Source: Bispira polyomma
Taxonomy: Eukaryota
Length of the DNA: 64,000 bases
Assembly: GCA_965649765.1 (NCBI GenBank)
Contig: OZ287750.1
Coordinates: forward strand, 7,068,001-7,132,000
Direction: 5' to 3'
The translations under genes and the position numbers were made by a program. This document shows, piece by piece, positions 24,701-36,700 of this stretch; position 1 is the first letter of the stretch; the number at the start of each line of letters is the position of its first letter. The notes beneath the pieces are model-generated. The model worked only from the letters and a program-made list of their open reading frames with translations, was not told the DNA's origin and did no database searches.

Positions 24701-27700
24701 TCTGGATTTGGGTTGACCTTTACCACTGGCAGAGGGACAGAACTTGGTGAGTGAATCCAGAGAGAGAGAGAGAATTTATTTTATTCAAGTGCCACCTGCA
24801 CAAATAACAACATCGCATTACAAAAATAAAATCAGTTGAACAATGTTATATAATTATTTCACACAGTAAAAAATTTAACCTGGACTTAACATTGCAGCCA
24901 GCCCATAGTGAATCTAGAAGCCCTGAGCCTGTATTCTCAACTCAAAGTGTACCTGAAAATAACCTATACTTGTGACCATTGATTTTAATGGAGTTTTCAG
25001 TGTTTGAATGAAATACACAGTCAGATTTGATTTTGCTTCACTCAACCCAGCGATATGTGGATTTCTGATTTGACCTTAAGTCTGAGTTGAGCTTAAATTT
25101 TTTGAAGACTATGATCACAGTTCATGCATACAATAATTAGATCTACAGAAAAGCACAAAATGAGATTTGTGGTGAACATTGAAAAATCTGCTTACTAATA
25201 ATAGATGAAACCTTGGATTCCAGGCTGGGGTGACCAGGTACAGGCATAGTGGCTTGGATGACCACTTTAAATGATGGTCCTCTGTTCTTGGGTCCTTAGA
25301 ATCCACACTTGCAGGCTAATATAGGAATAACCAATGACAAAACTCGGTAAATGGTAATTTTACCACGATTGGAGGCGTAGTAACACGAAGGCAAAGCCTG
25401 AGTGTTTCTACGCTCCAAGAGTGGTAAAAATAACCGTATACTGAGCTTTGGAATTGGTTATTCCTATTCTAACATGACAAATTAATTAAATTTTTCTGAT
25501 TCAAGCTGCTTTTACTGCAAAATTATGTTATTGAAGGAACTATATCTACTGGGGATCCAGTACGCTTTAAGTGAGCTTTGTCTATTTTTATGGGTATACG
25601 GTTGATTTTACCAAGGCTGTTGGCCAATCAGAATCGCCGACACTGCCGTGTCATGCTAGAATGGAACTTGGGGTGTAAATTGATAAAGGATCAGCATCAA
25701 GTGTCTCTCCTCAGTTAGAGGAATGACAGTTACTGGTGCTGGGTGGCTGTATGTGTGCATTGGATAAAACTAATTAGGGTTACGAATATCAGATAAAGGT
25801 AGATAAATGCTCCTATAAATTTCAATACTATACAATGACGTCACACCTGCACTAATATTTGGTTATTATTTGATAACGTGCTTGCCTTTATTTCAGTCTG
25901 TCAAGCAGTCAAGCTATATTCATCTTTGCTGGTTGGCAAGACATTATCGGACATATACAGCAAGTTTGGCAAGTTATGGAGTGAATTAACACAGGAGCCA
26001 CAGCTGAGATGGGTAAAGGCATTGCTGTATTTGATGTACTACTTAGCTTTATACAGTAAAACCTCTATCATTTAAGAACACGATTGTGTTCAATTAAAGA
26101 AGGAAAATAAGAAAAAAGAGGCTTTTGAGTACGAAACAATGGGGAAATCTAACTTTGAAAGAGTTCAATAATGTTCATAAAATTGAATATTTGGATAATA
26201 AAAGTTTAGATATTGGCTATTAGAGGTTCTACTGTATAGATTAGTACAATAGTCAGCTTTTACTTTAAAATAATATATCCTCATATTAAATGAACCAAAT
26301 AATATAATACCTGTGCTGGTATTTTTGTGTGAATGAGAAAATCTGATGATTTACTTCTTTGGAGAAAATTAGTAGTCCCACAAATTTAAAGCCTTCAATT
26401 TGGAATATCTACCCAAGGCTTGTGGGAATTATGCGTAAGTAAAGTCAATTCTCCTACTACCACTGAGTTTAACTTAAAGCATCTAAACCACATATACAGT
26501 AAAACCTCTTAATAGTGACTGCTCTTGGAACCAGGGACTGTAGTCACAAAAGGTCTTAACTTAGTCTTAAGGTTAACATGTATATCTGAAATATTTAAGA
26601 CTACTGTTAGTGTTATGTGCAAGGTTAACAGTGTCTTTTCTTACCTGTCAGTGGAACTAAATACAAAATCTCAACCCTTTCGACCAAAATCAAAAACCAA
26701 AATCTTAAGACTAAGTTAACAGTTAAAACCTTTTTTTTTTAATACGGCCGCAGGTAAAAATGTTCACTGTACAGAGGTGGCAACTTTGAACACCAAAAGT
26801 ACATGAAACACCTTATGCACCTTTAGTCTATATAGCTGGTGAATAAATAATGGACAAGCACCTGGTTTGTGATTCCAATAATTATGTACATGTCATCTAT
26901 CTACGGTCACTGTATAGAGGTAAATATATACTGTACTAATAAGGCTTCGGATCAGAAAATAAGTGTTCAGTGTTCACAGTAAAGAGGTGTTCACTATACA
27001 GAGGTAGTCTGTGTTGTAAATCTAATGGGAACAAAACAGGAAAAAAGTGTTTAGTGTTCACAGTAGAAAGGTGTTCACTATACAGAGGTAGACTGTGGTG
27101 TAAATCTAATGGGAACAAAACAGGGAAAAGTGTTTAGTTTTCACAGTAAAGAGGTGTTCACTATACAGAGGTAGACTGTGGTGTAAATCTAATGGGAAAA
27201 CGGGACAGGAAATAAGTATATATATAGAAGTTTTATTGGTTTTACTGTTTACAATAGAGAGGTTTTACTGTTTATATTTAGTTGTTTATGTGGTGTATGT
27301 TTGTACCATTAGTTAGGACCAGAGAAGGGAGTTACTCACATTGCACTGGCGGCCGTCATTAATGCCCTGTGGGATCTTTGGGCAAAAGTGGAAGGAAAGG
27401 TATAGAACTTTTACTGCTTCTTGTCCCTGATTCATAAAACTTGTATTGCTATCTACAACAAACTCTCTAGTAACTAGAACCAGTATAAGTCAAGTTTCCC
27501 TATGTTATGGAACCAATTCTTTTGTGCCCAACAGTCAAATTTGGTATTAATAGAAGTTAGCCATAAATACCACCGATCAGCCTCTTTACCTTTTTGCTCT
27601 AGCTCCCGGGAAACAGACTTTCTGTCACCTTTCTCCCACTAAAGCAGATTGGGAGACATAGTTGTCTGGCTGCTGCCCCAAAGGAAATGGAATAACCTAC

Positions 27701-30700
27701 CAGCTGATGTTAGATCACAAGATCAGCTCAGACAGTTCATAAGCAAGCTTAAAACTTATCTCTTTCAACTGACTTTCCCCCCTCCATAGTTCCTTAGGTT
27801 ATTCTGTGGTCGGATGCTTTTGGTGACGACTTCCTTTTCTCTCATTGGACATCATTTTTTGGATTATCTGTGTCTTAGAGGATTTGCATCAATTTGGCAT
27901 TATATATATTAATCCTTCAATAACAGTAAGTAGAAGCTGAACATTGTACTTCTAACGAGTCTACTTCATATGTGTATGCTGATCTTGTATTCTTGTATTT
28001 TTACAGCCTCTCTGGAAACTTCTCGTAGACTTGGTAAGTGTATTTTTTGGTGGTCACAACAACATCAATTTGTTGTCCACAATATCATTTGTGCCAGGCT
28101 TTCCTATTGTTTCTTTGAAATATTATATTGTTGTATTGCATTGTATTCAAGTTTATACTTATTTATCTGACTGTATTTAAAACCATAATTAATGTTTTAT
28201 TGAGTGCCCAAGAACAGCCAACCAGCACCATTAATTACCATTCCCCTAACTGAAGAGAGATGCTTATGAAATACCATTTATCAAAGTTCATTAACCTGTC
28301 TGTGATCTAATCTAATCTAGTCGTACTTTTATAGGACTTAATCTTCGTACAACAAATTCTAAGACACAACAAACCCAAAACATTAATCAAAGATCAAGCG
28401 CCGGCTAAGGTGGAAAAGCCTGTTAAAAAAGGTAGGCCTTCAGCTTACTTCTGAAAGAGGAGAAATTTTGAGCAAGGTGAACATGATCAAGTAGGCTGTC
28501 CCAAATGAGGGGGCCTTATGAGGTAGGCAGTGATTGAATTGTACTTTAGATTTGTGGATGCGAGGGTCGAAAGTGGGAATATGTAACTTGTCACCCCAGA
28601 TTTGAATCAAATGCAGGTCCTCTGTGTTCCTGAGCAAGCAGCCAAAGTGAAAGTTTAGGGTTTAACATCCCATTCAACAGCCAGGGTCATATTGGGACAG
28701 TCCCACAGCATTTGTCACTTGTGGGAGGCGAACCCACACAGAGGTGACAGCCTGTGATCAGATGCCAAACTTGCTAACAACTCAGCCACTGAGGACATAT
28801 ATTGCATAAATATGCTGTATAATAAGTTTAAAGTTGTATTTCTTATTCAGTCCATAATTTTCACAGAACGGAAATATTGGATAGGGATGTTAGCTTTTCT
28901 AAATACAAAAGAAAATTGTCTTGAATTCTAACATGACACAGCTGTGTCCGCGATTCTGATTGGCTGAAATACCCATAGACGGAAATAGACTAATTTTGTC
29001 TGTCATGTACTGGATGCCCAGTGGATATAGTTCCTTCAATGACATAATTTTGCATTAAAGAAATAATTTTACCACTCTCAGAGCATAAAAACACTCAGGC
29101 TTCACCTCTGTGTTACTACGCCTCCAATCATGGTAAAAATGACCCTATAATATGCTTTGTCATCGGTTATTCCTAAATTCATAAGATTGGATGTAGAAAT
29201 ACATGGTAATACTAGTGTATATGTAACATCATGTACAAAAGTTATAAGTACAGTGTATATATATATAGTGGATACTCTATTTATGAGAACCTAACCTTGT
29301 AATCTAAGGCCTCACATCAGTGTAATTGGTATCTATTTCAGGAACCAGAACAGCTGGTGTCTACAATATGTTTTACATATATGTAAGTATTGTTTCTACT
29401 TCAATTATCTTAACTTTCAGCTAAGGTTAAGATGCATTCAATATCAAAGCCAAACACATAGATAAAATCATTGTATCAGTGAGGCTATCAGTGGATGGTC
29501 TAGGTGTATTTTTGTGTGATGTAAATGACAATTAACAAATGGTAATATCTGTATTCCCAAAATAAATAGCCTTTTAAAAATATAAAGTGATTAATTATGC
29601 ATAAAATTGTTGTTTATATATCATGTCAATGTGTTATCTCTCTTTTGAAAATAAATTCTGAAGTCCCACGAAAGATGTTTCCTTAAAAATCTAACCAGTT
29701 TGTGAAATATGTCAAACTTCCTTCGCCATTGTTATTATTTTATTTTTATTTTATAGATTTTTAACACGCTTCATTGATGCTAGACATCTTCTAAAGCGCA
29801 ACAGCAGAATCTTTAGTCTAATCATTAAGTCCATGGAAATTGCAAAGTCGTAAGGAAGGAAGTGGGAGCGTGCACGAGGAAAGCTAAGGTGGGTAGGCAA
29901 GATTAAAAAGATAGGTTTTAAGCCTTTTCCTAAAACCGATAAGTGTGTCAACTGATCTGAGGTCAACTGGGAGACTGTTCCATAACTGCAGTGGAGAATG
30001 CTCTGAATCCCGCCTTTCTGATTGGTCTGACCAAAGTGACGGAGAGTCTGTTGCCTCTCTTGCGGTTACTGAAGGAAAGAAGGGAGGCAAGGTAGGGGGC
30101 TGTTGAGTGATTACAGCCTTAAAAGTGGTAACGTGAATCTTAAACAAAATTCGAGGTTTAATGGGCAACCAGTGTAATTTTTTGAGGTAAGGAGTAACGT
30201 CTGTGCGACAACCCAGGCGAAAAATGACCCTACATAGGTAGTTTTGGATGGACTGGAGCTTTTTAATGTGTGACTTATTTGCTCCGTACAAGAGAGAATT
30301 GCAGTAATCGAGGCGACTACTCACAAGGACATTGTCCACAAAAATAGTGAATTTGGGATATAACTATAAAACACATGGACAAGAATAAAGGCAAGAAAGG
30401 GAAAAAGAGCATCATAAGCATTTCATCAGTAACTTAATTTTTAGCAATGTATTTTTTTTTAAATATATTGATATTTCAAGAATTTTTTCACAGTATGTGA
30501 GCTTTAGATTGCCTGTATTAATACATTTTAAGGCCTGTATTTACCACTATAGAACAGACTTTATCACAGAAAAGGAAGCAATACAGATTCTCAGGAAAGC
30601 ACAGTCTGGGAAAGATCAAAGAGGTGTGTGTACATCATTGTTGTTGTTTTACTTCTTGGTAGCAAGCCATAAAATGATGGAACTGATGGCAAAAGAATGA

Positions 30701-33700
30701 TGTAATATGTAGAGTAAGGAATCTCAAATTTGCCACTGTGTCTGAAATTTGCTAGCCGCTAAAACTTAAGCAAAATCAATAAAAACTTTGTAAAAAAATA
30801 ACTGGAATTGAGGTAAGTAAGGCAAAATAATGACAAAAATTTCAATTTGAGCAGATAGTACCCACAATTCTACCAAAAACACAACATTTTCTAGGTGGCT
30901 ACTTTCAGATACAGTGGCGAATTTTAGATTCCTTACTATATGAAGTGACTTCTACATATATAATGATTTTACAAACGTTTGTGTGGAAATATATATTAAG
31001 TGTCAAATGTTTGACTGAAACTCTGATATTTCGATTCTAATTGATAAACCCATTTCTATCATCCCATAGGTATATTCACCTCCATCAAGGAGGTGGGGCC
31101 ACTGTGGCCTAGTGGTTAGCAAGCATTGTGCTTTACAATCACTGGCCTCTCACCTCTGGGATCAGCTGGCGTGGGTTCGACTCCTGTCGATGCCTATGTG
31201 GGAAAGGTGGTAGTTCCTTACTGTGGGCCGCTGGTTTCAGTGTAGAACCTTGATCAACTATATGTGTTGTTTCCTCCAGCGTTTCCAACTACCTGTCCCA
31301 ATGTAACCTTAAAAGGTACTAGAGCAGTGTGCGAAATTCCCGGTGGCCCTGTGGCCCGGGGCAACCGCTTTATGGGAAGGGCCACTTCCTTTCAAATTCC
31401 GGTGGCCCGTTTGTCCACCTTATTTCCGGGGCTTCGATTTTTTTTACTACACTCGCTAACAGTATAATTTGGGTACCAGACTGTTCCATTTTTCTTCGGC
31501 ACACATGCGCAGACGAAATTTTGCCGTAAAACTTTATTTTATTAAATAGCAAGGATATGGATGAAAACTCCTCTTATTGTTAAATAAAAAAAAGGTTTTA
31601 TGTATATGTAAGTAGTTTTGTATGTGATCTTTATATTTTCTAATTAAAAGCGAATTTTATACATATTTTACTGACTCCATCTATTATCGCTCAGTGCTCT
31701 CGCTGCTAACTGGCTAGCCTTGTCTTTGCTAGTGCTGTAATTTTCGAATTTTCACCCCATCTTGTGGCTCTTTCTTTGGAGTTAAATACATGGGCTTGCT
31801 TTAATATTAAATTTTAAATTTAGTGCAAAATCAGTGTTTCTTAGTCAACTCGGCCCCCCCTGGCCCCCCTATTCAAAATAAACAAGAGGGCTGACAAATT
31901 TTCAGCCCATCTAATAACCCTCTATTTGGGTTTAAATAACTGGGCTTGCTTTAATTTTAAATTTCGAATTCAGTACAAATTCAATGTTTCACAGTCAACT
32001 CAAGCCCTCTGGCTCCCTCATTCGAAATAAATATATATATAAATAAATATATTTTCGGCCCATCTTGTGGCCCTCACTTTAGGGTTAAATGACTGGGCTT
32101 GCTCAATTATTAATTTCAAATTTGTGGCTTACAGTTAACTCGACCCCTCTTGTCGAGGGGCTGATAAATTTTCGGGCAATTCTTTTTGAAATTACACTAT
32201 ATTTTTTATTATGCGTTAAACATTCTGTTCCAAGTCGTATTCTGAAAAAAAAAATTTTAGTTTAGTTTTTCATTACTAAGTATTGGGCAACCTGATTCTA
32301 ATTCGGGCCACAAAGCTATAAAATCTGGTGGGCCGAAGGCCACCACACTTTTTCCGCGAAGTTGACATACTGACAATGGCTCAGATGACCACTTACAATG
32401 GGTGTCCTCTGTCATTGTATCCTATTATCAAAGGTAGACCAAAGAAGAACCTTGGTGTTGCATGAAAATGAGCATCCTCTGTCTCTCAAGAAGCTATATA
32501 GACATATTATTAGATGCTGTATCTTTACTGTTTAGAAAAAGAGATCCTGAAGAGTGGATACCCTGCTTATACCACTTCTGCGGGTTGGCTTGGATACAGC
32601 GATGTTAAAATAAAGAAAGTAGGTATCAATAATAATGTCTGTGTATATCAACCCTTTCGATCCCAAGAGAAAACTACTATTATTATTAGCAGTTCTTATA
32701 CAGTGATGTTAAAATAAAGGAAGTAGGTATCAAAAATGTCTGTATATCAACCTTTTCGACCTCAAGAGAAAACTATCGCCAGGAACTGGAGGAAAACTTT
32801 CGATAATAGATTACAGATAGCTGGAGTCACTAAAACACACACTACAGACTACTTCCAGCATTCAATAATGACATCACTCAACAATTTCATATTGGAAGGA
32901 ACTGAAGCTGACACCAGGGGTCAAAGGGTTAAAATCAATATGTAGTTAATCTCTGCACTAAACCTGTAATATAAATTAGGTATAAATTAGAATTGCAAGA
33001 TAGTTTTAACAATTACAGTGTCATGCGTGTTATCATTTATTGCTGGTTCATGTGGTTTCTGTTATGTTTTGTAGCTTTGCAAAGAAGCCCTACAGCAAGG
33101 ATTTACAAGGTACGAGAAGAAATTTTGTAGTTTTATCCATTAATCCAGTAATTTAATCTTAATCACCAAATACTTAAGTACAAGTACTTAGTTTATACTG
33201 AAATCATCTGCAAAAGCGCCCACTGGGCGATAGGTCAAAATTGGAGGGAAATCGGGAGTGGGTGATAATGCGCAAGCATGGGACCTTACAAATCAAAATA
33301 AAATTAGAAACATCACTTACAATCGCCTTTTCTTCATTTTTAACGAGTGGGCGATGATGCGAGCATGGGCGCTTCGGCTTTTTTGGGGGGGATATATACT
33401 CCAATATGATTCTTGTTTCCTCTTGACGTGCCTTTTTGAATGTAAATTCTGCATTTGATGACTAATTCTTTAAAACTGCACAAATTTGAAAAAAGAAAGT
33501 AATATATTTTTGAGCCTCTGATGAGAACAGCCAGCCACTAGAATGATCGAAATATAAATAAACACAAAAATATTTTTCTGAGGCACTGTGGGTGATTATA
33601 CCCCAATCATTCACATCAAGCAACTTTATTCAATATATTTTTTCTGAAGAATAGAAGTATATCCAATATAAATATGAAGTAGTAACCTTTTAAATATGAT

Positions 33701-36700
33701 CAGAAATTGAAAATAAACACCTCTCTAAAATGAACATTTTGCTCGGGCCAATGAGCATTCACTATGTGGGTTTTTACTGTGACTCTCAAGTCTGAAAAAT
33801 TAGTTTGAAATTTGGTTCCTGCTGAAGCTTTCAATTGTTCTATTCTTTTCATTCGATGTTTCCATGTTTTCAGGTTTAAAGTCAAAGTAGGACTTGACCA
33901 AGAAGACGACATACGGAGAGTTGGATTAATCAGGAATGAAATTGGCAGTGAAAAAATGCTGGTAAAATCTGCTAAATACTGGATGCACTTCAGGGCTCTT
34001 ATTGTTGAATGTATACTCGAGTGCATCTAAAATCTGACTTCATATTTGAGTTTAGTATTGAAACCCCTATTAAAATGTACGGTCACAAGTAAAGGTTATT
34101 TCCATGCACAAGGAATTCCACATAGGCTATGTTTGAGCTGAGTGTAAGTTTAAGCATGAGATTATTTGGAGAATACCATCCATTGATTAATCATGATCCA
34201 CACTCTAAACTAATAGGCTACCACTGATGTAGTCATGTTTCTAAAGTGTTTTTTTTTCTTTCAAACAAACATTCAGTTATGTTGATTCTTAATATAATAA
34301 TCAGTACCATGGATTGCTCAATTAAAGACCAACTTAAAAAAAAAAAAAACTAAAAAAGAGAATTCAAAATTGCTAACCAACAGCCAAATTTCAAAACAAG
34401 ACATGAATACTACTGCCCTTTGATAAAGTAAGTGTTTTTAACTGGATTACAATAGTAAAATTCACATTTAAAGTTTGCATTTGCTTTTAAAAATTTGTAC
34501 ATTTACTTAAAATGTTACAATTTTGGAGATTATATTTTTAAATCCATTTTAAAAGTTTGACTTTGTACAAATTATTAAAATTTGGATCTTGTGTAATAAT
34601 GTTTGATATTATGATTACTTTTGTATAATTTGAATATTTTTTCTTTTTTTTTATTGAGAATATGAATTTAACCATACAATTGAAATTGATTCTTTATTTC
34701 AGATATAAACTATAATTTACATTAATTTGCATATATCTGTTGATTCAATATTGTTTCAATACAGTTTTAAACATTAAAATAACTTTGTTAAACTTAATTC
34801 AGGGAATTGGTGTATTCCCTGTAGCTGTATTTACTAAAATTTTTAGGGAATACACAGATTCCCTGATTACACATATTCACTGTAACATTTTTATGTTACG
34901 GCCAATCTGTGAAACCAGTCAAACCTAAAACTTTTAGTCATTTCGCATGATGACTAAAAATTATGGTACAGTCATTGTGCATAGTGATATATATATGTGT
35001 GTGTATTTAACAAAAATAAATATAGGAACAAAGTAAAACTGGAAATCTTAGAAACTATGTACATGTAGGTGACATTTTATAGCACTCTCTGAAGTCAATC
35101 TAACAGCTAGTTCTGTTGTTAACATAAGATATACCGGTACATGAAAAGGAGTTTCTTTCCAATTGTTACGGTCACGGGAGCAAGTGCGGTAGCAATTACC
35201 GGTTGCTTTGAGGTTGTAACAGGAAAAGACAAAAAGTTTCACTTAACAAATTTATTTAACAAATAAAATAACAATTACAGAATTACAGTCAACTGAGATA
35301 CCCTTAATAGTTCATACAATAATACAATAATGAAACCAATCTGACCTGACCACAGTTCTATCCACATAAATAACAATTAAACAAGTTTGTCCACTGTATC
35401 CAGCAATCTGTCCTGAGATCCGCTCAGTGTCCACACAATGCCTGTATCCTGTTATCCCTTTGGTGTCCTCGAACACAAAATATATATATCCAGAGAGTCT
35501 GCACAACTAAGCTATCCAATCCAGGATGCAAAAATATCCAATATGCAGTAAATCCAATCCCTGGTAGATCCACAACTCTAGATCTAGTTCACACCAATGA
35601 GTTCACCACAAAATGTATATAATGATCAGTTTATATCCACAGGAAAAGAAATAAAATGTTTCACAGTATAGCAGTTCATATAGCACAACAACTCAATAAA
35701 CTCTGGTCTGTGGCCAGGCTGTCAACCCTTATATATACAACTGCTAGAGAAGGCTCTAGAATATGTAAGCAATCGCTAGAACATTCCAGAGATGAGATAT
35801 ATATATATGAACACAACTTTAATAACAACAGAAACAAAATAGAATCAGCTTCTAGAAGCTTAGGGGTTTCCCCAATTCTATAAATAGATCACTCTAGCAG
35901 AGTGCTTTAACATACCACAATATCCTTATATGTAACACCAATGCAGTGTCTGCTACAAGAAAAGTGTCATCTTTAAAATCTATTTGCACATATATTATTA
36001 TGTCACTGTGTAAACTGTTATATATTTTAACACATTACTTATTTGTTGTCTGATAAAGCAAAACCTAAATGTCTATAGAATGTTCACACTTGAGTGGCCG
36101 TATTCTTCAAAAGATCCCAGGCTCCACCCAGACTCAAGCTCAAATCTAAAGTTTTCGTATCTCTGCCTGGATTGGAGTGACATTATATGTACTTTATATT
36201 TAAAATGTGCGTTGAAAGCTCTATTGAAATTAATGGTCACAAGTACAGTTTTACTCCATTTTACAAGGATTTTAAGCTGTAGTTTCATTAGAAAATACAG
36301 GCTCAGATCAGTGGCATATTCCACTGTGTACTTATAGATGATATCAGATCAGTTGCATATTTTACTGTGTATTTACAGATGATATCAGATCAGTGTCATA
36401 TTTTACTGTGTATTTACAGATGGTACCAGATCAGTGTCATATTTTACTGTGTATTTACAGATAGTATCAGACGAGTGGCATATTTTACTGTGTGTTTACA
36501 GATGGTTTCAGATCTGTGGCATATTCCACTATGTATATTACAGATGGTTTCAGATCAGTGGCATATTCCACTTTGTATATTACAGCTGGTATCAGATTAG
36601 TGGCATATTCCACTGTGTATATTACAGATGGTATCAGATGAGTGGCATATTTTATTGTGTACTTGTAGATGATATCAGATCAGTGTCATATTTCACTGTG

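Noticed and set aside
31095-31190. tRNA genes at A/B-box sites (also 14850, 39607)
   Set aside because: No complete cloverleaf, and each continues into a shared SINE body.
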